From: Planctomycetota bacterium
GTDB lineage: Bacteria; Planctomycetota; B15-G4
Direction: 5' to 3'
Assembly: GCA_965248575.1 (NCBI GenBank)
Contig: CBDFJQ010000002.1
Span: forward strand, 3,392,001 to 3,456,000
DNA length: 64,000 nucleotides
How positions within the stretch are numbered: position 1 is the first letter of the stretch; every line of letters begins with the position of its first letter. The notes beneath the pieces are model-generated. The model was not told the origin of the DNA. It did not search any database and was given only the letters and a program-made list of their open reading frames with translations. The translations under genes were made by a program, and so were the position numbers. Positions 18,940-28,253 of the stretch are shown here, piece after piece.

Positions 18940-20001
18940 CTAACCCTCCATCCAGACGTGCCAGATGGCGGTGCCCGCGACAGCGAACAGCCCCCACGGC
19001 AGCAGGTACTTGTATCCGAGCGCCATCACCTGGTCGACGCGCATGCGAGGCAACGTCCAGCGCAGCCACATCTGCACGAAGATCACCGCGAACACCTTCA
19101 CCACCAGGACGGCAACGCCGATCATGTGGAAGGGAGCGGGCAGATTGCCGACGTCCAGGAAGTTGAAGGGCAGCGTGTAGCCGCCAAGGAAGAGCGTCGA
19201 GGTGACCGCAGACACCAGGAACATCGACACGTACTCTTCCAGCCCGAAGAACGAGAAGCGCATGCCGGAGTATTCGGTGTGGAAACCGGACACCAGCTCC
19301 GACTCTGCCTCGGGCAGGTCGAAGGGGGCGCGCTTGCAGCCAGCCAGCGAGGCGATGAAGTAGACCAACAGCGCGATCCACATGAAGGGATTGCTGAAGA
19401 TCACCCAGCCGTGCTCGGCCTGGTAGGTGTTGAAGTCGGCCAGCCGGAAGGAGCCCACGACGATGATCGGGGCCAACAGCGCCGTGGCCGAGGGCAGCTC
19501 GTAGGACACCACCTGAGCCGCTTCGCGCACCGCGCCGAACAGGCTGTACTTACTGTTCGATGCCCAGCCCGCCATGATCACGCCGACCACTTCGACTGAG
19601 CTGATGGCGATGATGAAGAACACGCCCAGGTTGATGTCGACGATCTGGACGCCGGCTGCGAAGGGGATCGCGATGAAGCCGGCGAAGACGCCGCAGAACA
19701 CCACGGCCGGAGCGATCCAGAAGAGCACCTTGTTGGCGCTCGTCGGGATGATGTCCTCCTTGAACATCAGCTTCAGCGCATCAGCGGGAGACTGCGCCCA
19801 ACCGTGCCAACCGCCCACTTCCATGGGGCCGTAGCGCTGCTGGATGTGCGCCGCCACCTTGCGCTCCATCCAGATGGCGAACATCGCGTAGACCGTGATG
19901 AAGCCGAGCAGGCTGCCGATGCACGTGGCGTAGGCCACGCTCAGGGCCAGGGTCGGACCCAGTCCCAGGGTCTCCGTGAAGAAGGCGATCAGTGTTTCCA
20001 C
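18940..20001 (-). CDS. nuoH: NADH-quinone oxidoreductase subunit H
   Basis: ERKVAAHIQQRYGP, ADALKLMFKED, RAPFDLPEAESELVSGFHTEYSG. Confidence 0.96.
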   Translation of the reverse strand: METLIAFFTETLGLGPTLALSVAYATCIGSLLGFITVYAMFAIWMERKVAAHIQQRYGPMEVGGWHGWAQSPADALKLMFKEDIIPTSANKVLFWIAPAVVFCGVFAGFIAIPFAAGVQIVDINLGVFFIIAISSVEVVGVIMAGWASNSKYSLFGAVREAAQVVSYELPSATALLAPIIVVGSFRLADFNTYQAEHGWVIFSNPFMWIALLVYFIASLAGCKRAPFDLPEAESELVSGFHTEYSGMRFSFFGLEEYVSMFLVSAVTSTLFLGGYTLPFNFLDVGNLPAPFHMIGVAVLVVKVFAVIFVQMWLRWTLPRMRVDQVMALGYKYLLPWGLFAVAGTAIWHVWMEG

Positions 20002-21170
20002 TAGCGGTCGACCTCGCCAAGCACGATGTCGAGCGAGCCGATGATGGCGACGGCGTCACCGAGCATCGTTCCCGGAAGCAGGGTGTCGAGTAACGACAGG
20101 TTGCAGAAGCTCGGCGCCCGGGCATGGACCCGGATGGGTGATGTCCCACCCTCGGCGACGACGTAGAACCCCAACTCGCCGCGCGGATTCTCGCAGCGCA
20201 CGTAGGCCTCGGAAGGCTCCGGCTTGAGCGGCGTTTTGTACATCTTCTTCATGCCCTTATCCATGACGTCACCGCCCGGAAGGGCCGCGCAGCCCTGGCG
20301 GATGATGCGAATGGATTCCATCATCTCGCGCATGCGGACCCAGTAACGGTCCCAGCAATCGCCGAGCGTTCCGTGCGTGCCTTCGCCCACTGGGATGTCG
20401 AAGTCGACTTCGTCGTAGGGCTTCAGGTACGGGACGTCGCGACGCAGGTCCCACTTGATGCCGGACCCACGCATGACGGGGCCGGATGCGCCGTAATCGA
20501 AGATGGTCTCGCGCGTGATGATGCCGATGTTCGCGGTGCGCTTGATGAAGATGAAGTTGTTCGAGAGCAGCGTGTTGTACTCGGCCCAGCGCTTCTCGAA
20601 CACGTCGCAGAAGGCGAGCACGTCATCCACCCAGTTGTCGTCGACGTCGCGGCGCACGCCACCCGGCTGGATGTAGTTGTAGAGCATACGCGCACCGGAC
20701 GGCCGCTCCAGCAGCTCCATGATCGACTCGCGCTCACGGAACGCGTAGAAGAACGGCGTGTTGGCGCCGATGTCGATGCCATAGGTGCCGAAGGCGATGA
20801 GGTGGCTCGCGATCCGGTTCAGCTCGGCGCAGATCATGCGCAGCCACTGGGCGCGCTCGGGAACCTCCTGCCCCAACAACTTCTCGACCGTCAGGCTCCA
20901 GGCCAGGTTGTTGTTCATGGACGCCAGATAGTCCATGCGATCGGTGTACGGCGTGAACTGCAGGTAGGTGACGTTCTCGCCGATCTTCTCGGCGCAGCGA
21001 TGCAGGTAGCCGATGTCGCAGCGCGAGGCGGTGATGATCTCGCCGTCCATGCCCAGTTCGACGCGCAACACGCCGTGCGTAGACGGGTGCTGGGGGCCGA
21101 GGTTCAGCTTGAGCTCTTCGGTGTAGACGTCCGAACGGTCGTCCACCGTGTACATCTCGAGGGCTTCCAT
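20001..21170 (-). CDS. nuoD: NADH-quinone oxidoreductase subunit D
   Basis: NLGPQHPSTHGVLR, GYLHRCAEK, C-terminal DIVLGEVDR; no NiFe CxxC motifs. Confidence 0.96.
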   Translation of the reverse strand: MEALEMYTVDDRSDVYTEELKLNLGPQHPSTHGVLRVELGMDGEIITASRCDIGYLHRCAEKIGENVTYLQFTPYTDRMDYLASMNNNLAWSLTVEKLLGQEVPERAQWLRMICAELNRIASHLIAFGTYGIDIGANTPFFYAFRERESIMELLERPSGARMLYNYIQPGGVRRDVDDNWVDDVLAFCDVFEKRWAEYNTLLSNNFIFIKRTANIGIITRETIFDYGASGPVMRGSGIKWDLRRDVPYLKPYDEVDFDIPVGEGTHGTLGDCWDRYWVRMREMMESIRIIRQGCAALPGGDVMDKGMKKMYKTPLKPEPSEAYVRCENPRGELGFYVVAEGGTSPIRVHARAPSFCNLSLLDTLLPGTMLGDAVAIIGSLDIVLGEVDR

Positions 21171-21847
21171 CAGCTCTTGCCCTTCTTCTTGTCGGAGACG
21201 GGGGCTTTGCCGCCGGCGTCGGGGCGATCGCTTGGCGGGCTTGGCGGCTGCATCAACGGCGTTCCTGCTTCGCGCAGCTCGGAGGCGGGCTGGGACTCGC
21301 CCTCCTTCAGTTCGTAGATCGGAATAGCGTCCAACTCAAGCGGGATGCCGCCGTGTTCGCTCGGGTAGACGTAGTCCTTGCGCAGCGGGTGGCCGATCCA
21401 CTCTTCCGGCAGCAGGATGCGGCGGTGGTCGGGGTGGCCCTCGAAGCGCACACCCAGCAGATCCCACTGCTCCCGTTCGTGCCAGTCGGCCGAGCGGTAG
21501 AGCGATGCCACGCTGGGAACTTCGGGGTGCCAATCGGCGCCAGCGCCCTCAGGGCAAGGCACCACGACCTTGAGGGTCAGCGAGTGATGCCGCAGGTAGG
21601 AGCAGAGGTGGTAGACCACTTCGAAGGACGATTCCCGCTGCACTGCTGTGACGTTGTGCAGCACCTCCATCGCCGTCTCGGAGTCGTCGCGCAGGAGCTG
21701 CATGACCTCAAGCAAGCTGCCACCCTCGACCACGATGAAGGGGTCGCAGGCTGCCGTGTCCAGGTCTCCGATGCCCGCAATGCCTGCGGCCCGGAGCTTG
21801 TCGTGAAGCTGTTGTTCGTTCATCCCAGGGCGTCCGTGTCCGCTCAC
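21170..21847 (-). CDS. nuoC: NADH-quinone oxidoreductase subunit C
   Basis: [38 protein letters not shown]; true start may be 21823. Confidence 0.93.
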   Translation of the reverse strand: MSGHGRPGMNEQQLHDKLRAAGIAGIGDLDTAACDPFIVVEGGSLLEVMQLLRDDSETAMEVLHNVTAVQRESSFEVVYHLCSYLRHHSLTLKVVVPCPEGAGADWHPEVPSVASLYRSADWHEREQWDLLGVRFEGHPDHRRILLPEEWIGHPLRKDYVYPSEHGGIPLELDAIPIYELKEGESQPASELREAGTPLMQPPSPPSDRPDAGGKAPVSDKKKGKS

Positions 21848-21866
21848 TCAGTGGATAGGGGGGTCG

Positions 21867-22397
21867 TCAGGACGCCGCGTACTTTGCGTTCATCTGGGTA
21901 GCCGTGTCCTCTTGCCGCGCGAAGACAGCCTCGCGGCCGATCTTCTCCCGCAGCTTGAGGATTCCGTCCATCAAGGCCTCAGGGCGCGGCGGACATCCCG
22001 GCACGAAGATGTCCACCGGGATGATCTTGTGGACGCCCTTGACCGTGTTGTAACCCCACTTCACGTAGGGGCCTCCGCCGCAGACGCACGCGCCCATGGC
22101 GATCACGTAGCGGGGCTCGGCCATCTGGTCGTAGAGGCGTTTCACGCGCACCGCCATCTTGGCGTTGACGGTGCCCGGCACGATGATCAGGTCGCTCTGG
22201 CGCGGCGTCGCCCGGGGGATGCCTGCACCGAAGCGGTCGAGGTCGAAGGTCGCGGCGAAGACGGCCATCATCTCGATGGCGCAGCACGCTATGCCGAAGG
22301 TCATCGGCCAGACCGACGACTTGCGGCCCCAGCCGACAGCCTTGTCGACGGCACCGACGACGGCGTTGTTCGGAAGCGTGTTGTTCAGAAGGCCCAT
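21867..22397 (-). CDS. nuoB: NADH-quinone oxidoreductase subunit B
   Basis: [33 protein letters not shown]. Confidence 0.96.
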   Translation of the reverse strand: MGLLNNTLPNNAVVGAVDKAVGWGRKSSVWPMTFGIACCAIEMMAVFAATFDLDRFGAGIPRATPRQSDLIIVPGTVNAKMAVRVKRLYDQMAEPRYVIAMGACVCGGGPYVKWGYNTVKGVHKIIPVDIFVPGCPPRPEALMDGILKLREKIGREAVFARQEDTATQMNAKYAAS

Positions 22398-22422
22398 GGT
22401 GTCTCTCTGCCGGTCCGGGAGG

Positions 22423-22818
22423 TCAGTCCTGGACCCGGCGCTTGTTCTGGAATGTCTTCACCCAGTCGAGGTCGCCCTTGACCCAGTCGACGACCAGGCC
22501 CAGGAAGACGATGAACATGAAGATCAGCCCGGCCACCAGGGCCAGAGCCTTGTTCGGGGAGTCCCGCAAAACGTTCGCCCATGGGAACATAAGGGCAATC
22601 TCAACCTCAAAAATGATGAAGATGAGGGCTGTTGTGTAGAACCGCATGTCGAAGCGAATCTGCGCCGGCCCGATGGGATCCTCGGCGCACTCGTACGCCA
22701 TGTTCTTCTCGGGGTACGGATTCTTCGGCCGGTAGAGGGCCCCCAAGATGAGTGGCGTACAAACCATCCCCGCACCCGTAATCAGGAAGACCAAAACGGC
22801 GTGGTAGTCGAGGAACAC
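22423..22818 (-). CDS. nuoA: NADH-quinone oxidoreductase subunit A
   Basis: [32 protein letters not shown]. Confidence 0.93.
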   Translation of the reverse strand: MFLDYHAVLVFLITGAGMVCTPLILGALYRPKNPYPEKNMAYECAEDPIGPAQIRFDMRFYTTALIFIIFEVEIALMFPWANVLRDSPNKALALVAGLIFMFIVFLGLVVDWVKGDLDWVKTFQNKRRVQD

Positions 22819-22853
22819 AGCTTTCTCCGGCTGCAGGCGAGAGTCAGGCCCAG

Positions 22854-22881
22854 ACTATAGGTTTTTGCCTCCCACGAGCAA
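22854..22881 (-). promoter_or_regulatory. putative sigma70-type promoter of the nuo operon
   Basis: minus strand TTGCTC-N16-TATAGT, about 35 bp upstream of nuoA. Confidence 0.45.
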
Positions 22882-22929
22882 GGTGGGCCGCCCCCTCTGG
22901 CGCCCGGAAAAACTGGGCCCCAAACGCAC

Positions 22930-22990
22930 GGAAGGCCGGCACAAGGAAGCCACCCTGTACCGACCTTCCAGTGGCGGGCTCGAAGCCCGC
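22930..22990 (-). terminator. hairpins downstream of metalloprotease copy A, possible terminator
   Basis: GGAAGG...CCTTCC imperfect stem and GCGGGCT-CGA-AGCCCGC stem-loop. Confidence 0.4.
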
Positions 22991-23015
22991 TTTCTAGCGA
23001 TCCGTCAGCCCTGGA

Positions 23016-24884
23016 TCACGGCACGTTGAGCCGCAAACCGTTGCTGCCGGAGACACCCTGCACGCCCGCAGCGTCCTCGAAGAAGAACTGCATGGCGATG
23101 AAGGCGCCGCCCGGGAAGCTCGCCGGCATCGTGGTGGTGCCCGCGAACGAACCCGACCCGTTGAACGGGAAGATCAGGCTCTGCGTGAACGGGATCGGGT
23201 AGAAGGTCCCGCCGAAGAAAGGCGTCGGCGTGATCGTCGTCCCGAAGAACACGAAGCCCAGGTCGAAGGGCTCGGCGCTCGTACACGAGATCGTGAACCC
23301 AGCAGTGCTGCCCGGCGTCAGGTCACCCGAACCGGTGAGCACCGGCTCGCCGAAGGTGCCTGGGATGCCGGAAGGACCGAGGCTCACGAAGGTGCCGCTC
23401 GGGATGTGGGTGTAGCCACCCACGATGGTGTCCGAACCCGTCGAGTTCGTCGCCACCACGTCCACAGCGCCCAGACCTGCCGGGGTGTCCACCGTCAGCG
23501 AAGTGTTGTCCACCAGCGTCAGGTTGCTGCCCGACACGCCGCCGAAGGTCACGTCCGTCACACCCAGCACGTTGCTGCCGCTCACCGTCACCGTCACACC
23601 GCCGGCCGCCGCACCACTGTTGGGCGAGACGCTCGAGATGTTCGGCACCGCGTTGGCCGTGTAGGTGTAGCCGTTCGTCTCCGTGTCCGAGCCCTCGTTG
23701 TCCGTCACCACCACGTCCACCGAGTTGCCGTTGGTGCCGGCCGGGGTCGTCGCGCTGATGGAAGAGCCGGAGTTCACCACGAAGCTCATGGCGTCCACGC
23801 CACCGAAGGTCACGTCCGTGGTGCCCGTGAACCCGGAACCGCTGATCGTGACATTGGTGAAGCCACCCTCAGGCCCGCTGGAGGGCGAGACGTTGGTGAT
23901 GGCCGGGGGGTCCGTGACGGGGGAACCGATGTCGATGGGCCACTCGTTGGACAGGGCTGCGCCGCCGGCGAAAAAGCCCTTCACCAGGACACTGCCATCG
24001 TCGGCACCCGCCGGAACGATGACATCCAAGGTCGTGCCACCACCCGACGAGAACACGCCGGCCACGGTCAACGCGCCGCCGCCGGTCGTGTCGGTGAACC
24101 AGACCACGTTGTCCGTCGCGGAAAAGTTGGAGCCCGTGATGGTGAGGACGCCGCCTGGGCCCGTGGAGCCGCTGATACCGTCGATCTGCACCTTGCCAGC
24201 GCTCTTGTTTCCATAGATCGTCCGCAAGCCGGCCGTGTCATCCGAGTTGATGGAACGGGCAGCCACACCCGAACCAGAGATCGAGGGGAACATGGTCGCT
24301 CCGCTGACACCGCTGTGGCCCAAGCCGAGGGCATGGCCGATCTCGTGACAGGCAACACCCTGCAGGTCGGTGCCGCTCACGCTGCCTGGGCCGTCGTGCC
24401 AGGACCAGGCGGACAGGTACAGGATGCGCCACCCATTGCTGATGGGCGTCTCGGTGAACGCCAGCGTGCTGCCGGGGCTCGGGTCGAACAGCTCGGAGTG
24501 GATGTTGTCGTTCGTTCCACCCGCGCCGGTCGTCTCACCCTGATAGTCGTTGTCGTAGTCCGCGGCCCCAGTGCCCAAACGACTCTGGGTGGGGTCCTGG
24601 TCACCGACCAGCATGTACCACTCGCTGCCCCACTCGAGGTGGCCCTTCCAGATGGCCTGCGTCGCACCTGTCGCGCTCGGGAAGTCGGAGTTGTTGGCCG
24701 TGTTGTTGTTGGCCGAGGCGTCCGTGAAGTTGTTGAACACGCGGAAGTCACGCTGACCGAGTGACAAGCTGCCACCGATCAAGCTGAAGCCTGCCGTGTC
24801 GACGGGCGTGGACATGGAAGCCACCAGCCCGAAAGCTGCGCCGAGCCCGGAAAGGGCCAGCAAGGTCTTGTTGAGGATCTTCAT
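23016..24884 (-). CDS. secreted matrixin/M10-like zinc metalloprotease with 3 IPT/TIG domains and a C-terminal FED...SN domain (copy A)
   Basis: signal peptide; HEIGHALGLGH metzincin motif plus Met-turn ATMFP; PxITxVSPxSG..GGxxVTIxGxxF repeats. Confidence 0.88.
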   Translation of the reverse strand: MKILNKTLLALSGLGAAFGLVASMSTPVDTAGFSLIGGSLSLGQRDFRVFNNFTDASANNNTANNSDFPSATGATQAIWKGHLEWGSEWYMLVGDQDPTQSRLGTGAADYDNDYQGETTGAGGTNDNIHSELFDPSPGSTLAFTETPISNGWRILYLSAWSWHDGPGSVSGTDLQGVACHEIGHALGLGHSGVSGATMFPSISGSGVAARSINSDDTAGLRTIYGNKSAGKVQIDGISGSTGPGGVLTITGSNFSATDNVVWFTDTTGGGALTVAGVFSSGGGTTLDVIVPAGADDGSVLVKGFFAGGAALSNEWPIDIGSPVTDPPAITNVSPSSGPEGGFTNVTISGSGFTGTTDVTFGGVDAMSFVVNSGSSISATTPAGTNGNSVDVVVTDNEGSDTETNGYTYTANAVPNISSVSPNSGAAAGGVTVTVSGSNVLGVTDVTFGGVSGSNLTLVDNTSLTVDTPAGLGAVDVVATNSTGSDTIVGGYTHIPSGTFVSLGPSGIPGTFGEPVLTGSGDLTPGSTAGFTISCTSAEPFDLGFVFFGTTITPTPFFGGTFYPIPFTQSLIFPFNGSGSFAGTTTMPASFPGGAFIAMQFFFEDAAGVQGVSGSNGLRLNVP

Positions 24885-24903
24885 GATCTGTCCTTTCCTT
24901 TCT

Positions 24904-25458
24904 TTACTTGTTGAGGCTTGGGGACTTCTTCGCCGCAGCCAACTTGGCGTGCGTCGCGCGGATGTTCGTGCTCACGTCGGAGAGCTTGGTGTTCTCGGCG
25001 AAAGCCAGGCCTTCACCCTTGCCCACCACGACGGCCTCGCCGAAGCCGGACTCGACCCGGTACAGACCGGAGAAGTCGTAGACCAGGTTCTTGCCCGGGA
25101 GCAGCGGATGCTCAGCGAAGAACACCACCGTCTCGCCGTTCAGGCGGCTGTCCTGCAGCGTCGGCATGCTGCTGATGCCGTACCAGTCGTCCTTGCTGTG
25201 GCTACCGTGGAAGACCACCTTGAAGGTGCCCTTCTCGCCGGTGCGCAGGCTCTCACCCTCGATGGTCAGCTGCGTGTACAACGCACCGTCCCAGGGGTGG
25301 CTCAAACGCACGGTGTCCTTGGCGACGATCTTGCCGTGGACTGCGTCCTTCGTGACTTCCATGAGTTCCTGCAAAGTCATCGCCTTGATGGCGGCGACGG
25401 CAGGGATGGCGAGCAGTGCGGCACAGGTCAGCGCCGTCAGTGTTCTCTTCAGATGCAT
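24904..25458 (-). CDS. secreted 184-aa hypothetical protein, protease partner (copy A)
   Basis: GGAG RBS, ATG 25458; signal peptide ending AVA/A; 19-nt gap to the protease gene. Confidence 0.82.
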   Translation of the reverse strand: MHLKRTLTALTCAALLAIPAVAAIKAMTLQELMEVTKDAVHGKIVAKDTVRLSHPWDGALYTQLTIEGESLRTGEKGTFKVVFHGSHSKDDWYGISSMPTLQDSRLNGETVVFFAEHPLLPGKNLVYDFSGLYRVESGFGEAVVVGKGEGLAFAENTKLSDVSTNIRATHAKLAAAKKSPSLNK

Positions 25459-25513
25459 GATTGCTCCAGTGCGTCTGGGGTGGATCGGGAGAGTTGGGAG
25501 AGAATCGAAACAA

Positions 25514-25548
25514 CCCTGGGAAGCCCGTTTTGAGCAGGCTTCCCAGGG
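25514..25548. terminator. intrinsic terminator-like hairpin between the two module copies
   Basis: 12-bp perfect stem CCCTGGGAAGCC / GGCTTCCCAGGG with T-rich tails on both strands. Confidence 0.7.
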
Positions 25549-25581
25549 CTTTTGATCTCGCACACAGTGCGAGACTTGGCC

Positions 25582-27459
25582 TTACGGCACGTTGAGCCGC
25601 AAACCGTTGCTGCCGGAGACACCCTGCACGCCCGCAGCGTCCTCGAAGAAGAACTGCATGGCGATGAAGGCGCCGCCCGGGAAGCTCGCCGGCATCGTGG
25701 TGGTGCCCGCGAACGAACCCGACCCGTTGAACGGGAAGATCAGGCTCTGCGTGAACGGGATCGGGTAGAAGGTCCCGCCGAAGAAAGGCGTCGGCGTGAT
25801 CGTCGTCCCGAAGAACACGAAGCCCAGGTCGAAGGGCTCGGCGCTCGTACACGAGATCGTGAACCCAGCAGTGCTGCCCGGCGTCAGGTCACCCGAACCG
25901 GTGAGCACCGGCTCGCCGAAGGTGCCTGGGATGCCGGAAGGACCGAGGCTCACGAAGGTGCCGCTCGGGATGTGGGTGTAGCCACCCACGATGGTGTCCG
26001 AACCCGTCGAGTTCGTCGCCACCACGTCCACAGCGCCCAGACCTGCCGGGGTGTCCACCGTCAGCGAAGTGTTGTCCACCAGCGTCAGGTTGCTGCCCGA
26101 CACGCCGCCGAAGGTCACGTCCGTCACACCCAGCACGTTGCTGCCGCTCACCGTCACCGTCACACCGCCGGCCGCCGCACCACTGTTGGGCGAGACGCTC
26201 GAGATGTTCGGCACCGCGTTGGCCGTGTAGGTGTAGCCGTTCGTCTCCGTGTCAGAACCGTCGGCATCCGTCACCACCACGTCCACCGAGTTGCCGTTGG
26301 TGCCGGCCGGGGTCGTCGCGCTGATGGAAGAGCCGGAGTTCACCACGAAGCTCATGGCGTTCACACCACCGAAGGTCACGCTCGTGGTACCGGTGAAGCC
26401 AGTACCGCCCAGGGTGACGTTGGTGAAGCCACCTTCAGGACCCGAGGAGGGCGTCACACTGGTGATCGTCGGAGGGTCGCCCGCACCGCCGCTTCCGATG
26501 TCGATGGACCACTCGTTCGACAGCGAGGCACCGCCTGAGAAGGCGGCCTTCACGATCACGCCGCCATCATCTGCACCGGCTGGAATGGTCACGTTGATCA
26601 CCGTGCCGCCAGCAGAGGAGGAGACGCCGGAGACCGTCAGGGCGGAACCACCATTGGAGGTGTCCGTGAACCAGACCACGTTGCCGGAGTTCGAGAAGTT
26701 GGCACCGGTGATCGTGAGCGTTTGGCCCGGGTTCGTGGAGCCGCTGAGGCTGTTGATCACCGGCTTGTTCGCGCTCTTGTTTCCATAGATGGTCCGCAGC
26801 CCGAGCGTGTCATCCGAGTTGATGGAACGTTGACCCTGGCCCGTGCCGGAGATGGCAAAGAACATGGTCGCCCCACCATTGCTGCTGTGGCCCAATCCGA
26901 GAGCGTGGCCGATCTCGTGGCAAGCAACACCCTGCAGATCGATACCGCTGCCGACGCTGCCTGGGCCATCGTGCCAGGTCCAGCCGGACAGGTACCGGAT
27001 ACGCCACCCATTGCTGATGGGCGTCTCGGTGAACGCCAGCGTGCTGCCGGGGCTCGGGTCCAAGAGCTCGGAGTGGATGTTGTCGTTCGTTCCACCCGTG
27101 GTGTTGGTCTCACCCTGGAAGGTGTTGTCGTAGTCGGCCTGGCCGGTGCCGAGGCGGGACTGGGTCGGGTCTTGTAGACCCGTGCCCAGGAACCACTCAC
27201 TGGCCCACTCAAGGTGGCCCTTCCAGATAGCCTGAGTCGCACCCATAGCGCTCGGGAAGGCGACGTTGTTGGCCGTGTTGTTGTTGGCCGAGGCGTCCGT
27301 GAAGTTGTTGAACACGCGGAAGTCACGCTGACTCACGCCCAGGCTGCCACCGATGAGGGTGAAGCCGGCCGTGTCGACGGGCGTGGACATGGAAGCCACC
27401 AGCCCGAAAGCTGCGCCGAGCCCGGAAAGGGCCAGCAAGGTCTTGTTGAGGATCTTCAT
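25582..27459 (-). CDS. secreted matrixin/M10-like zinc metalloprotease with 3 IPT/TIG domains and a C-terminal FED...SN domain (copy B)
   Basis: HEIGHALGLGH plus Met-turn ATMFF; paralog of 23016-24884. Confidence 0.88.
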   Translation of the reverse strand: MKILNKTLLALSGLGAAFGLVASMSTPVDTAGFTLIGGSLGVSQRDFRVFNNFTDASANNNTANNVAFPSAMGATQAIWKGHLEWASEWFLGTGLQDPTQSRLGTGQADYDNTFQGETNTTGGTNDNIHSELLDPSPGSTLAFTETPISNGWRIRYLSGWTWHDGPGSVGSGIDLQGVACHEIGHALGLGHSSNGGATMFFAISGTGQGQRSINSDDTLGLRTIYGNKSANKPVINSLSGSTNPGQTLTITGANFSNSGNVVWFTDTSNGGSALTVSGVSSSAGGTVINVTIPAGADDGGVIVKAAFSGGASLSNEWSIDIGSGGAGDPPTITSVTPSSGPEGGFTNVTLGGTGFTGTTSVTFGGVNAMSFVVNSGSSISATTPAGTNGNSVDVVVTDADGSDTETNGYTYTANAVPNISSVSPNSGAAAGGVTVTVSGSNVLGVTDVTFGGVSGSNLTLVDNTSLTVDTPAGLGAVDVVATNSTGSDTIVGGYTHIPSGTFVSLGPSGIPGTFGEPVLTGSGDLTPGSTAGFTISCTSAEPFDLGFVFFGTTITPTPFFGGTFYPIPFTQSLIFPFNGSGSFAGTTTMPASFPGGAFIAMQFFFEDAAGVQGVSGSNGLRLNVP

Positions 27460-27478
27460 GATCTGTCCTTTCCTTTCT

Positions 27479-28033
27479 TTACTTGTTGAGGCTTGGGGAC
27501 TTCTTCGCCGCAGCCAACTTGGCGTGCGTCGCGCGGATGTTCGTGCTCACGTCGGAGAGCTTGGTGTTCTCGGCGAAAGCCAGGCCTTCACCCTTGCCCA
27601 CCACGACGGCCTCGCCGAAGCCGGACTCGACCCGGTACAGACCGGAGAAGTCGTAGACCAGGTTCTTGCCCGGGAGCAGCGGATGCTCAGCGAAGAACAC
27701 CACCGTCTCGCCGTTCAGGCGGCTGTCCTGCAGCGTCGGCATGCTGCTGATGCCGTACCAGTCGTCCTTGCTGTGGCTACCGTGGAAGACCACCTTGAAG
27801 GTGCCCTTCTCGCCGGTGCGCAGGCTCTCACCCTCGATGGTCAGCTGCGTGTACAACGCACCGTCCCAGGGGTGGCTCAAACGCACGGTGTCCTTGGCGA
27901 CGATCTTGCCGTGGACTGCGTCCTTCGTGACTTCCATGAGTTCCTGCAACGTCATCGCCTTGATGGCGGCGACGGCAGGGATGGCGAGCAGCAGAGCTGC
28001 CGACCAAACGAGGACGGACCTGTGGACACGCAT
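27479..28033 (-). CDS. secreted 184-aa hypothetical protein, protease partner (copy B)
   Basis: AGGAG RBS, ATG 28033; mature region identical to copy A, signal peptide different. Confidence 0.82.
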   Translation of the reverse strand: MRVHRSVLVWSAALLLAIPAVAAIKAMTLQELMEVTKDAVHGKIVAKDTVRLSHPWDGALYTQLTIEGESLRTGEKGTFKVVFHGSHSKDDWYGISSMPTLQDSRLNGETVVFFAEHPLLPGKNLVYDFSGLYRVESGFGEAVVVGKGEGLAFAENTKLSDVSTNIRATHAKLAAAKKSPSLNK

Positions 28034-28237
28034 GTAAGACTCCTGGGCTACGGGGAGTGGAGAGTTGAGGATGGACCACACCTCAAATGGGAGAGAACCG
28101 GACCCGGGAGGTGCTTCGTTGTCGGGCGAAGCTGAGTGAGAGTCGGATCCGGCGATCTAGGAGGATTCGCGAAAAGTATACGGGTGACCCGCAAACCTGC
28201 CTAGCCATCCGTGGCGAAACTCTGACGGGATGGAGCT

Positions 28238-28253
28238 GCCACGAATTCGTGGC
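28238..28253. promoter_or_regulatory. perfect 16-bp palindrome, candidate operator upstream of the protease locus
   Basis: GCCACGAATTCGTGGC; partial repeat ACGAATTC near 28273; TATACT -10-like box on the minus strand near 28176. Confidence 0.35.

Larger units (their letters stand above)
23016..28033. repeat. direct tandem duplication (~2.57 kb unit) of a two-gene module
   Basis: 23018-23687 = 25584-26253 and 24793-25416 = 27368-27991 (one mismatch seen, 25375 vs 27950); off-frame ORF translations are also identical; the intervening ~1.1 kb is diverged. Confidence 0.95.

Noticed and set aside
18366..22397. Group 4 NiFe hydrogenase instead of complex I
   Set aside because: NuoD lacks Ni-binding CxxC motifs and NuoB has the tandem CC of complex I
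23688..27367. Diversity-generating retroelement template/variable repeat pair
   Set aside because: Differences are not adenine-restricted, include synonymous changes and indels, both copies are intact genes, and no reverse transcriptase is in the window
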